Below are positions 10,110-19,696 of a stretch of 64,000 nt of DNA, piece by piece. The stretch comes from an uncultured Alphaproteobacteria bacterium (GTDB lineage: Bacteria > Pseudomonadota > Alphaproteobacteria > UBA6615), in NCBI GenBank assembly GCA_943787445.1, contig CALSML010000001.1, positions 57,408 to 121,407 on the forward strand. The letters run 5' to 3'. The first letter of the stretch is position 1, and each line of letters starts with the position of its first letter. The position numbers and the translations under genes were made by a program. The notes below the pieces were generated by a model. That model saw nothing but the letters and a program-made list of their open reading frames with translations. It made no database searches and was not told the origin of the DNA.

Positions 10110-10356
10110 TTTTTCCTCCCTGATTTGTTGCCGGAGAATACACCGGATCACACCACAAATTCGACTCGCAACCCGCCGATGACCCAACAAAATTACCGGG
10201 AAATTCGCCGCAATTTCCGAAAAAAACACTTACAAAACACACTTTCACTATTGACGATAACCCGATTTTTAGACGTCTGTATTTGGTTCTACATGACAAT
10301 GAAAAGTATTGTTCGCCCATCTTTGCACAACCACACCTCAGCCGGCGGGAGCCAAC

Positions 10357-11304
10357 ATGAACATCCTTGCGTTGACATCGCAAAAGGGTGGATCAGGGAA
10401 AACCACCCTCGCAGGTTACCTCGCCGTTGCCGCGGAAACCGCCGGGGCGGGCCCGGTGGCGATCATCGACACCGCCCCTCAGGGCAGCCTGACCGATTGG
10501 TGGAATGAGCGACACGCCAAGACACCCTCCTTTCTCAGCGCCTCGATCGCGACGCTTGCCGACGATCTGGAGCGCGCACGCAATCTCGGGTTCAGGCTCG
10601 TGATCATCGACACCCCGCCGGCCATCACCGATATGATCGATGGCCGCACGGTGATGGAACTGCCCCGCGCCGAACGTTCCTCCGATGAAGTCTCCCGGCT
10701 GTGGGCGTATCTGCAGGGCCGGGTCCACTGCGGTTGCTCCCCCGCAACTGCCGTTCTAGTCGTGTGTGGAGTAACCAGAAGAGCCATGCGTGAACCCAAT
10801 CCAGAACGTGATCCCATGCCCCGCCCGGCCCCCGCAGCCTCGCTGGCGACGATCACCATCCACCGCCCGATCACGGAGACGCCGCCCGCACCCGCGAAAG
10901 AGCCCGACGGTCTTCTGTCCGAACCAGCGCCGGTGGCGCTGGTGCCAACTAATGATGACAGCCCGGTGCCCGCTCGCCGGCAGCTGACACGGCCCCAGGC
11001 CTTTCCCGCCGCTCAGCGCGTACCCATCCCGATCGATGCCATGACCGTCGACTGAATCGACGCACTGGGGCGCGAGGTGGTGGTAACCGAAAGTCCGGTA
11101 CACGAAACCGATGCGGTACCCACGGGCAGCGGGCCCATCACCTGTGGTGTGATTGTGCTGCCTTTCGGCCCGCGTGACGGCGTCGATCACGTTCTGTGTC
11201 ACCTCTACCGGGTCGATGAAACCATGCTGGAAGGGGACGCCGAGGTGGAACTGCGTATGCCGCCGCGCGATCGAACCGGGATCAAGCGCCTGTTTGGCCG
11301 CTGA
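10357..11304 (+). pseudogene. ParA-like ATPase with an internal deletion, continuing in frame through a Pro-rich linker and a TGA (11053-11055) into a PAS-like C-terminal fragment
   Basis: Deviant Walker A SQKGGSGKTT. IIDTPPAITD joins directly to the C-terminal MIDGRTVME, so the central part is missing. ORF 11077-11304 is in the same frame after the TGA. Confidence 0.7.
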
Positions 11305-11346
11305 TCCGGCTTGCGCCCGGCGCGCTTCGCACGGACGGGCAAGGAC

Positions 11347-12120
11347 CTATCTGGAAAAGACCCTCTGCAGAAGGTCCGTGGTCCGCTTCGCCGGGTTCTC
11401 ACGGATCGCCTTCTCTTCCTCGGCCAGATAGAGAAAGATTCCCTGCAATCCCAGTTCGAGCACATGGTTCGACAGGTCTGCCTTCACATCGGGCACGAAA
11501 GGTATGTTCTTATATCGACTGATCGCCGCGCCATAGGAACGCACAGCCCCGACTTCCGCCAGGCTCTGATCCACGATCGGACGCATCCGGGTTTTCAGAT
11601 CCGGAGTCATGGTGCGTTCGAAGAACCGCGTGGCGGCATCATCAGGTCCGTTGTGAATCTCACGGACGTCATTCAGGGTCATCTGATCCACCGCGTTCCA
11701 GAATACGGCTCGGGCTTCGGGGGCTGCGGCTTCGGCCGCCCGGTTCAGCTTGAGCTCCAGGTCACCCATCATGCCCGACAGCCCCACCCGCGAGAGTGTG
11801 CTCTGCACGGTCGCAAGACTTTTCGGCAGGGGCAGATGAATCCGCGGATCGCCATTATATCCGTCCACCGTGCCGACCTGTCCGACAACCCGCTGCGCCC
11901 CGACCTTCAGCGCCTCGCGCAATCCCGCCCCGATATCGGCATCGCTCAGCCCGCGCGCGGGTGAGGATTGTGACGATCCAGCGCCGGGAATCTGACGCAA
12001 CAGCTCACCGCCGCGCTTGAAGAAATCGGATTGCGCGAGCGCGGTATGCGATGTCGCAACCAGTGTCACAGCTGCCATTAAAACCATCAGCGCCTTGCGC
12101 CGGGTGCGTGTTTTCTGCAC
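11347..12120 (-). CDS. DUF4197 family secreted protein
   Basis: Signal peptide; GLREALKVG, LNRAAEAA, DDAATRFF and EEEKAIRENPAKRTTDLL motifs. Confidence 0.9.
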   Translation of the reverse strand: MQKTRTRRKALMVLMAAVTLVATSHTALAQSDFFKRGGELLRQIPGAGSSQSSPARGLSDADIGAGLREALKVGAQRVVGQVGTVDGYNGDPRIHLPLPKSLATVQSTLSRVGLSGMMGDLELKLNRAAEAAAPEARAVFWNAVDQMTLNDVREIHNGPDDAATRFFERTMTPDLKTRMRPIVDQSLAEVGAVRSYGAAISRYKNIPFVPDVKADLSNHVLELGLQGIFLYLAEEEKAIRENPAKRTTDLLQRVFSR

Positions 12121-12234
12121 TGAACCGCTCCCGGATTTTTCGCGACCATCCTACATCACGTGCGCGCAGGCCGCATGCCCAATACATCCACAAATGCTAG
12201 ACTGCAGACATCATCCAAGCGGACACCGATTGCC

Positions 12235-12600
12235 ATGAACAGAATTGCACTCCTCATCCTTGCCTCGCTCACCGGACTAGGCGCGGCATATTCCATCTGG
12301 CTCCATCTGGGTGCCGACGACGCCACGACCACCGGGACACTGGTGCGCGCGGTCGTGGCCGTGGCCGTCATCGGGGCAACCCTGATCACCTGGGAAGCGG
12401 TCTTCAGGGCACCCCCGGCACGGGTCCAGCGCCTGAAACGCACGGCCCTGCTCATCCTCGTCATCGGCATTCTCGGCGTCGGCATCAATGCCTTTGTCGG
12501 CAGCCAGACAAAAAACCCCGACGGGCCCGTCTTCGTTTTGTCCCTGCTGCTCATCCTGCAGGCCTTTCTGACCATCGCCCATGCCAGTCGTGCCGAGTGA
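12235..12600 (+). CDS. Hypothetical 4-TM membrane protein
   Basis: Four hydrophobic segments; codon usage matches the surrounding genes. Confidence 0.65.
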   Translation: MNRIALLILASLTGLGAAYSIWLHLGADDATTTGTLVRAVVAVAVIGATLITWEAVFRAPPARVQRLKRTALLILVIGILGVGINAFVGSQTKNPDGPVFVLSLLLILQAFLTIAHASRAE

Positions 12601-12643
12601 TCACGCCGCCTGATCCAGGCCGCGGATCACGCCGGACAATCCC

Positions 12644-13516
12644 ATGACCGGAAATCTCCGCGGCATCATCTGGATGGCCACCACGGGCATTCTGTTCGTG
12701 GCCGTCACCGGGATCGTGCGCCATCTGGGCACGGATATGAGCCCGGTCCAGGCCGCGTTCATCCGCTACCTGTTCGGTCTTCTGCTGCTTTTGCCGGTCT
12801 TTCTGCGCATGGGCAGCCTGCGACGGCCAGCCTCGGTGGTCGGGCTGCATGCCTCGCGCGGGGTTATCCACGGCGTTGGGGTCATGCTCTGGTTCTTTGC
12901 CATGGCCAATATCCCCATCGCGGAAGTGACCGCGCTGGGGTTCACCGCACCGATTTTCACGACAGTCGGCGCCGCATTGTTTCTGGGGGAACGCTTGCGG
13001 CTGTACCGGATCGGCGCGGTGCTCATGGGGTTCGGCGGCGCTCTGGTGGTGCTGCAACCGGGGTTTCAGGAGATCAATATCGGCTCCATCGCCCAGCTCA
13101 CCGCCGCCCCCCTCTTTGCCGCGTCATTCCTAATCGCCAAGCGCCTGACCAAGGTCGAGTCGAGCACAGCGATCGTGGCCTATCTCTCGGTCTTCGTAAC
13201 CCTGGTCCTGCTGGCGCCGGCCATCTATGTCTGGCGGACACCAACCGTGATCGAACTGATCTGGTTGTTTGCAACCGCGGCTCTGGCCACGCTCGGCCAT
13301 TACACCCTGACCCAGGCCTTCCGGGCGGCGGACATCACCGTGACCCAGCCCATCCAGTTTCTGCAACTAGTCTGGGCCACCATTCTGGGGCTGGCCGTGT
13401 TCGGCGAACAGCCAGAAATCTGGACCTGGGTAGGTGGCGGCATGATTGTCGCAAGCGCAACCTTCATCGCCCATCGGGAAGGAAAGTGCCGCAAGGACCG
13501 GGACGCGCCGATCTAG
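12644..13516 (+). CDS. DMT/EamA family transporter
   Basis: About 10 TM segments; AEVTALGFTAPIF, LFLGERL and AVFGEQP motifs. Confidence 0.92.
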   Translation: MTGNLRGIIWMATTGILFVAVTGIVRHLGTDMSPVQAAFIRYLFGLLLLLPVFLRMGSLRRPASVVGLHASRGVIHGVGVMLWFFAMANIPIAEVTALGFTAPIFTTVGAALFLGERLRLYRIGAVLMGFGGALVVLQPGFQEINIGSIAQLTAAPLFAASFLIAKRLTKVESSTAIVAYLSVFVTLVLLAPAIYVWRTPTVIELIWLFATAALATLGHYTLTQAFRAADITVTQPIQFLQLVWATILGLAVFGEQPEIWTWVGGGMIVASATFIAHREGKCRKDRDAPI

Positions 13517-13614
13517 CGGAAGACGACAGCCGCATGTCAATTCACAGTATGGTTCTGCAACGGCGCGGACCCATGTATGGTGGTCGCGTGTCACACACCT
13601 CTGCGGAGACTCCG

Positions 13615-13938
13615 TTGAACTTCGTTTTTGATGTCGGCTTCTTTGCCGCAGCCTTTGTCCCCACCTTTCTCGTCAGTCGGATCGTGTTTCGACTGACCAA
13701 GTCATGGGAAGGCCACTGGCAACGCCTCGTCCTCGCCAATCTCGCATCCGGCATCATCTGCGTTCTGATCTTTCTGGTCTCCGGTGTATGGTTTGCCGCC
13801 GGATTCGATTTTCTCTGGCTTTACGGCATCACGAATTTCGCGCTCGCACAGCTCATCTGGCTGGCCGTTGATGTCTATTCCGACTGGATCAACAAGCGCC
13901 TGACGACCGAAACCAATTCCCCAAGCAACCAGAACTGA
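13615..13938 (+). CDS. Hypothetical 3-TM membrane protein (paralogue of 26281-26604)
   Basis: In-frame TTG start with GGAG 6 nt upstream (alternative ATG at 13534); VPTFLVSR and ALAQLIW motifs. Confidence 0.6.
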   Translation: MNFVFDVGFFAAAFVPTFLVSRIVFRLTKSWEGHWQRLVLANLASGIICVLIFLVSGVWFAAGFDFLWLYGITNFALAQLIWLAVDVYSDWINKRLTTETNSPSNQN

Positions 13939-13952
13939 AACCCGGAAACATC

Positions 13953-14462
13953 ATGGGTAGCGAAGGCTCGGGCGTGGGCAACGCCGATATCGATATTGGA
14001 ACATTCTGGAACGCGGTGGGTCAGCGGGCTGTGGGCGCGACCATCGTGACCGCGCGCGGCAGCGCCGGTCCGGCTGGATTTCTGGGCCTTTCAGCCACCC
14101 ATGTCTGCGCCGATCCACCCACCATGCTGGTCTCCATCGATGCGAAGACCTCCGCGCTCGGCGCCATTCGGGATTCACGACATTTCGCGATCAACTATCT
14201 GCCCCGCGGCACGGAGGACGTGGTCGACCTGTTCTCCGGCAAACGTGACATCAAGGGGCCCGCCCGTTTCGAGACGGGCCTGTGGGGCTATCTCGCGACC
14301 GGGGCGCCGGTCTTCAACGGCGCTGTCGGCGTGATGGACTGCATTCTGGAAGAAACCCTCGAGCGGCACGGGACCATCCTTGCGCTCGGCCGCGTGGTCG
14401 CCATCTCCGGTGACCGGGATGCGGACCCGCTGGTGTATTTCCGGGGTGGGTTTCTGGACTGA
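13953..14462 (+). CDS. Flavin reductase (HpaC/RutF/NtaB family)
   Basis: GATIVTA, DPPTMLVSI, FAINYL, TGAPVF and PLVYFRGGF motifs. Confidence 0.92.
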   Translation: MGSEGSGVGNADIDIGTFWNAVGQRAVGATIVTARGSAGPAGFLGLSATHVCADPPTMLVSIDAKTSALGAIRDSRHFAINYLPRGTEDVVDLFSGKRDIKGPARFETGLWGYLATGAPVFNGAVGVMDCILEETLERHGTILALGRVVAISGDRDADPLVYFRGGFLD

Positions 14463-14471
14463 CCTGAAACG

Positions 14472-15821
14472 CTACTCGGCTGCCTGATCGCGCTTCGCCG
14501 CAAAGAACTGGTTCCCCGGGCGGGGCAGCCCAAGATTTTCCCGCAGGGTCTTGCCTTCATATTCGCGGCGCAGCAGCCCGCGACGCTGAAGTTCGGGTAC
14601 CACCCGATCGACGAACAGATCCAGCCCTTCGGGCAGAAACGGGAACATGATCGTGAAACCGTCACTGGCGCGGCTGTCGATCCATTCTTCCATTTCACCG
14701 GCAATGGTTTCGGCCGTCCCGACCAGTGCAAGCCCGGAATAGCCCCCCATGCGCTGGGCCAGCTCCCGCACGGTCAGATTCTCCTGTTCGGCCATGCGGA
14801 TCGCCCGTTCACGCCCACTCTTCGAGGCATTACTCTCGGGAATACCGGGCAAAGGGCCATCGAGATCGAATTTCGATGCATCCGTGCCCAGCTGAATCGA
14901 CAGGGATGCAATTGCACTATCCAGATGCACTTTGGAATCCAGCACAGCGCGTTTCTCCCGCGCTTCCGCGACGGTATCGCCGACCACAACAAGGCAGGCG
15001 GGCATAATTTTCAGATGCTCCGGATCCCGTCCAAGCGCTGTCATCCGCCCCTTCACATCCGCATAGAAGGCACGACCATCCTCGAGCGTGCGTTGGGCTG
15101 CAAAAATTGCATCGGCAGTTTCCGCCGCGAGTTGTCGCCCCGCCTCGGACCCGCCGGCCTGAACAATCAGGGGCCAGCCCTGCACGGGCCGTGCGATATG
15201 CAACGGGCCACGCACGGAAAAATACTCGCCCTTGTGGTCCAAGGTGTGGAGTTTCTCAGGATCAAAGAAAACCCCGGAGTCCACGTCGCGGATAAAGGCA
15301 TCATCCGCCCAGCTATCCCACAGGCCGGTCACCACATCGTAAAACTCCCGCGCACGCCGGTACCGGTCAGCATGATCGAGATGCTCGTCCAGACCGAAAT
15401 TCTTCGCTGCGTCCGGGTTCGAAGTTGTGACGATGTTCCAGCCGGCGCGCCCCTCCGAAATATGATCGAGAGAGGCAAACCGCCGCGCCACATGAAACGG
15501 ATCATCGAAAGAGGTTGATCCTGTGGCAATCAGGCCCAGTTTTTCCGTGGCCATGGACAGCGCCGACAACAGCGTGAAGGGTTCGAAGGATGTTGCCGTC
15601 GCACTGCGCTTGAGCGCATCCATCGGCATATTCAGCAAGGCAAGGTGATCGGCCATGAAAAAGGCATCAAACCGCGCAGCCTCAAGCCGCTGGGCAAACT
15701 TCACGATGGCCCGGAAGTTGAAATTCGCATCGGGCGTGCCCCCGGGGTAGCGCCAGGCCCCGGTGTGAATGCTGATCGGTCGCATGAATGCCGCAAGATG
15801 AAGCTGTAGTGAAGCCATCAT
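14472..15821 (-). CDS. LLM-class FMNH2-dependent monooxygenase, NtaA/DszA/DmoA family
   Basis: FDAFFMADH, ARRFASLDHISEGRAGWNIVT, QAGGSEAG and VPELQRRG..TLRENLGL motifs. Confidence 0.95.
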   Translation of the reverse strand: MMASLQLHLAAFMRPISIHTGAWRYPGGTPDANFNFRAIVKFAQRLEAARFDAFFMADHLALLNMPMDALKRSATATSFEPFTLLSALSMATEKLGLIATGSTSFDDPFHVARRFASLDHISEGRAGWNIVTTSNPDAAKNFGLDEHLDHADRYRRAREFYDVVTGLWDSWADDAFIRDVDSGVFFDPEKLHTLDHKGEYFSVRGPLHIARPVQGWPLIVQAGGSEAGRQLAAETADAIFAAQRTLEDGRAFYADVKGRMTALGRDPEHLKIMPACLVVVGDTVAEAREKRAVLDSKVHLDSAIASLSIQLGTDASKFDLDGPLPGIPESNASKSGRERAIRMAEQENLTVRELAQRMGGYSGLALVGTAETIAGEMEEWIDSRASDGFTIMFPFLPEGLDLFVDRVVPELQRRGLLRREYEGKTLRENLGLPRPGNQFFAAKRDQAAE

Positions 15822-15878
15822 GATTGCCTAACTGTTCTCATCACCTGCCATCCGATGTCACACAGTCCCCGCCGCCGA

Positions 15879-18194
15879 TCAACCCAGAGGTCCGAAATCC
15901 GGCGGCGACACCCGCCGATGGGAGACCGCTTCATAGGCCGAAGCAATTCGCAGCAAGCTGTCTTCCGTGCCCGGCTCGGAACGGAACACCAGTGAGAACG
16001 GCAGTCCCGGCGCTGCCAATGGAGTGGGTTCACGCGACGGCGCGGAGACATACTTCGTCCCGTCTTCACTCAATTTGTGGACGGGGTCATACGCCGTCGA
16101 GACATAGCCGGCCGGAACCAGAATCTCCGTCAGCCCTGCATTCGGGCCATAAAGGCTCTCGGGGCGAAGATTGTTGGATGTGTCGTGCTGCAAAGGTCCA
16201 CCGATGATTCCCGGAGGCCAGGGGCTGTGCAGGCGCACGAAGGCGTCAAGATTGTTCTCGATCAACACCATCATATCCACGCGGCGCAGCAACTCGCGCA
16301 GCATGATCCGCTCATTCACGCCCTGCCGCCCATCCAGCGCATTGCGCGGATCATCGGTCTCTTCCCAGTTCTTGAAGGCCGAACGCTGATCATCACCCCA
16401 GAACTTCGAACGCGCATTGAGCATGGCCCAGTTGTCGAGCGCCTCATGAAAACCGGCCGCTTTCCAGTCTTCGGCCCGCCGCATCAGATACTGGCTGATG
16501 TGGAAACGGAAGGTGGTGGCGAGTTCCTGATGCTGAATGGTCGCAATATCGAAATTGGCCGGCGGTTCGATGGTCCCCTCGGCTAGCGCAACACAGTAGT
16601 CGATGGAATCCATCGTGCCCTTGCCGAAGGTCTTGCCCGGCTGGAACTCCGTCGGGCGAATGGCTTCCTCGAATTCCTTGAACAGGGGTGTCCCGTCCGG
16701 CGCCAGCCGAAAGAGAACATCAGGCATGAAGACCGGCAGAAGCTTTGCGAGCGCCCGCCGGAAATCCGGCTTCAACTGTTCCAGATTCGGATCCGGCGTC
16801 CAGAGCAGATCGCCGGACTCGACCAGTGTGGCAGCCAGCTGCCCGCCCAGAACATCCTTGATCTCGGCGGTAGCGGCATCAACGATGGGTTTCTCGGTGA
16901 GGGAATCCTTCGGATAGACCATCGATTCCCGCACCACACCCAGACGAATGCCCTTGAGAGCGCCTGTCGAGGCATCCCTGGACAGATGCGAGGCATAGGA
17001 CGTGTCGAGAACGGAAGAGCGCGGCACCGTCGTATAGGGATCGCGCGGATCGTAATAGCCGTTCTCGGGATCCTTGAGCGCATCGAGAATCTTCGCGCAA
17101 TCAGGCAGCGAACGGCCATGAATGCCCGACCGGTCGCAATAGATATCCGCACCAATAGCGCCGCCATCAAACCCGAGCATCGATTTGTGAGGCAGGATCA
17201 ACGCCACCGAATTGTGGTTGGAGGGCCCCCGACAGGACGCCCGGGTCTCCTCACCCAGACTCGCCATCACCAGATTGGTGCTGACCGAAAGCGCCGAACC
17301 GGAACTCGATCCCAACGAGGCCGCGCGGGTGGTGTCATAGGGGTTGGACGGATTGCCGCCCCAGGTGGCCCGCTGATAGCCCAGTGTCGACGGCAGGACC
17401 TTGTCGGGATGGTTGCGTCCGCCGGGATCGCCAGCCCGGCCGTTATATTCGGTGTTCACGGCCTTGGCGAAAATGATCGCGCCCTTCTTGCGCAACTGAT
17501 CAACCAGAACATGATCCCGCGCAGGGAAATCATTGTCATAGGCCGCATCCGCACCGCCGGTGGACCGCATGTCCATGGTGTCGAAGGGGTCCTTGAAGGA
17601 GAAGGTGACCCCGTACATCGGCAAGGCTTCCAGATCGGGCGCGGTGCCATATTCTGCATCCAGTTCCGCCGCCCGTTCCAGCGCATCCGGGAACTGACGG
17701 AACATTTCGCAGACCGGCGGTGCGCCGGCGGGCAGCGGTCCTTCAGACGGGTGCTTATCGAATTCCCCCCAGCAGGTCACCGAACGTTCGCCACGAATGT
17801 TGAGGGTGGACAGGGCATTGACCTGCCCGGCCTTGGGGATACCCGCGATCATGCCGAACTGTTGTTCGACATCCGGTTTGGACGCTGTCGCCTCCATGCG
17901 ACCGTATTCCAGTGGCGGGCCCTTGTACTTGTCCAGATCAGGCAAAACGTCCGAAACGGGAATGGTCTCGGTCGGGAATTTCAGCGGCGCACCGGCGCGC
18001 ACAACCCCAGTGGATTCGGGAACCGGCTTGCCGTCCTCGGTCACCAGCATGCTGGACACGCCGTTATAGGCCCGGGCCCGGTCGATATATTGCTGCACCA
18101 CAGTCACCAGCGTGGTCTTTCCGGCGCGGATGGCCGTGTGCAGGTCGTCGATCGAAGCCTCGACGACGTCAAATTTGTCCGAATCCGTTCCCAT
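15879..18194 (-). CDS. Amidase signature family enzyme, unusually long (771 aa)
   Basis: Catalytic Lys in FSFKDPFDT, NPYDTTR..GSSSGSA, variant GEETRASCRGPS and C-terminal EDSLLRIASAYE. Confidence 0.9.
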   Translation of the reverse strand: MGTDSDKFDVVEASIDDLHTAIRAGKTTLVTVVQQYIDRARAYNGVSSMLVTEDGKPVPESTGVVRAGAPLKFPTETIPVSDVLPDLDKYKGPPLEYGRMEATASKPDVEQQFGMIAGIPKAGQVNALSTLNIRGERSVTCWGEFDKHPSEGPLPAGAPPVCEMFRQFPDALERAAELDAEYGTAPDLEALPMYGVTFSFKDPFDTMDMRSTGGADAAYDNDFPARDHVLVDQLRKKGAIIFAKAVNTEYNGRAGDPGGRNHPDKVLPSTLGYQRATWGGNPSNPYDTTRAASLGSSSGSALSVSTNLVMASLGEETRASCRGPSNHNSVALILPHKSMLGFDGGAIGADIYCDRSGIHGRSLPDCAKILDALKDPENGYYDPRDPYTTVPRSSVLDTSYASHLSRDASTGALKGIRLGVVRESMVYPKDSLTEKPIVDAATAEIKDVLGGQLAATLVESGDLLWTPDPNLEQLKPDFRRALAKLLPVFMPDVLFRLAPDGTPLFKEFEEAIRPTEFQPGKTFGKGTMDSIDYCVALAEGTIEPPANFDIATIQHQELATTFRFHISQYLMRRAEDWKAAGFHEALDNWAMLNARSKFWGDDQRSAFKNWEETDDPRNALDGRQGVNERIMLRELLRRVDMMVLIENNLDAFVRLHSPWPPGIIGGPLQHDTSNNLRPESLYGPNAGLTEILVPAGYVSTAYDPVHKLSEDGTKYVSAPSREPTPLAAPGLPFSLVFRSEPGTEDSLLRIASAYEAVSHRRVSPPDFGPLG

Positions 18195-18277
18195 GACATC
18201 CCCCAATTTTGATTTGAACCGATGATGTCTGGACCGGGGCAAAAAATCCAGTCATGCGGGATGCATTTGCCGCTTTA

Positions 18278-18742
18278 TCAGGCCTTGGCAAGCGCCTGAT
18301 CGAGATCACCGATGATGTCATCAGCATGCTCGATGCCGATCGACAGCCGCACATAACCCGGGGTCACGCCGGCCTGCAGCAGCTCATCGGCCTGCATCTG
18401 ACTGTGGGTGGTCGAAGCCGGATGGATTGCCAGCGAACGCGCATCACCGATATTAGCCACGTGATACAGCAGCACCAGAGCATCGATGTTCAGGATCGAG
18501 AACATCGAGGCCGACTGACCTGACGACAGACCCAGCGCGGCCACGCCACCCTCGATCGCGGCAAGGCGCTGCTCGAGCACATCAACCGTCGGGTTCATGA
18601 TCCGGGTGTAGATGTTCCCCAGCTCTGCCAGTGCAAACAGGTTTCCCGCATGCTCGGTATCGCGGAACTGATAGCTCGTCGTCTGATGGATCGGTACAGC
18701 AACGGACCCCGTGGTCGGGTCAGCGCGATGGCCGGCATGGGT
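18278..18742 (-). pseudogene. metY: O-acetylhomoserine sulfhydrylase remnant lacking its start and central region
   Basis: N-terminal motifs [10 protein letters not shown] and [17 protein letters not shown] join directly to the C-terminal [30 protein letters not shown]. The PLP-lysine region is absent. Confidence 0.88.
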
Positions 18743-18746
18743 ACGG

Positions 18747-19394
18747 TCAGTCAGGCGTGATCGGCAGCGCGCAACCAACGACGGAATCGCGGGTGATCAG
18801 CGCGGCGAGTTCGTCTTCACTCAGACCTTCGGTCCCGGCAGGACGCATGGGCATGATCACGTAACGCAGATCCGCATTGCTGTCGTGGACCGCAATATCG
18901 ACGGAGTCCGGAATCTCAACACCGAACTCGCGCAACACCTTGCGCGGCTCGCGCACCGCCCGTGAACGATAGGCCTTGCTGACATAGAAGGCCGGCGGTT
19001 CGCCAAGCAAGGAGCGCGGATAACAGGAGCACAATGTGCACACGACCATATTGTGTCGCTCGGGCGTGTTCTCGATGGTGACCAGCGCTGCTTCGGTGGC
19101 TTCGATCCCCAGTTCCGCAGCGGCCGCCTTGGTGTCGGTCAGCATGCGTTCCTTGTAGGCGGGATCGACCCAGGCCCGGGCGATCATCCGGGCGGCCTGA
19201 TGTGGACTGCCGCGCTCGTTGAATTCCATGCGCGCGCGAATTTCATCCGCGGTCATGACCCCCTGTTCGATGAGCAGGCTCTTCAGCGCGAGAAAGCGCG
19301 CCTCCCCCTCGGTGAGTTCAAGGTCATCATCCTCGCGGGTGGGCGCGTGGTCGTCATGATCGTGATCATGATTGTGGTCGTCATTGTGCATCAT
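18747..19394 (-). CDS. Co-type nitrile hydratase alpha / thiocyanate hydrolase gamma (ScnC)-like subunit
   Basis: [11 protein letters not shown] metal motif, [20 protein letters not shown] and [20 protein letters not shown]; His/Asp-rich N-terminus. Confidence 0.93.
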   Translation of the reverse strand: MMHNDDHNHDHDHDDHAPTREDDDLELTEGEARFLALKSLLIEQGVMTADEIRARMEFNERGSPHQAARMIARAWVDPAYKERMLTDTKAAAAELGIEATEAALVTIENTPERHNMVVCTLCSCYPRSLLGEPPAFYVSKAYRSRAVREPRKVLREFGVEIPDSVDIAVHDSNADLRYVIMPMRPAGTEGLSEDELAALITRDSVVGCALPITPD

Positions 19395-19696
19395 GCGTCC
19401 TCCCCGGCTGGAGCCAGCCAATGGTCATAGATTTCGATTTCCAGGACGTCCCCCGGGGCGCCGTCATAGTCGGGCCAGATATCATCCTGGCGGAACTGCA
19501 CCCGATAGAGCGGGATCGGCGGCAACCCCCAGCGGCCATAGGCCTTGTCCTCGGGATTCTCGAACATACCGCAGAAACGCTCGATGGTGCCGGTCTTATG
19601 ACGAATATAAGTGGGGGTGCGCACATGGCCCGGCTTGCCGATATCGAGGATACGCACCCGGTCACCCACGCGATAGTTCGCGGCTGGCTCAGACAT
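19391..19696 (-). CDS. Nitrile hydratase beta C-terminal SH3-like domain as a stand-alone gene (ScnA-like)
   Basis: YRVGDRVRI..GHVRTPTYIRHKTG..LYRVQF..IYDHWL; ATGA overlap with the alpha gene. Confidence 0.9.
   Translation of the reverse strand: MSEPAANYRVGDRVRILDIGKPGHVRTPTYIRHKTGTIERFCGMFENPEDKAYGRWGLPPIPLYRVQFRQDDIWPDYDGAPGDVLEIEIYDHWLAPAGEDA

Noticed and set aside
10199..10218. ggaaatt-N6-aatttcc inverted repeat in the cupin/parA intergenic region
   Set aside because: It has only 7-bp arms in locally AT-rich DNA and occurs once, so it could be chance.
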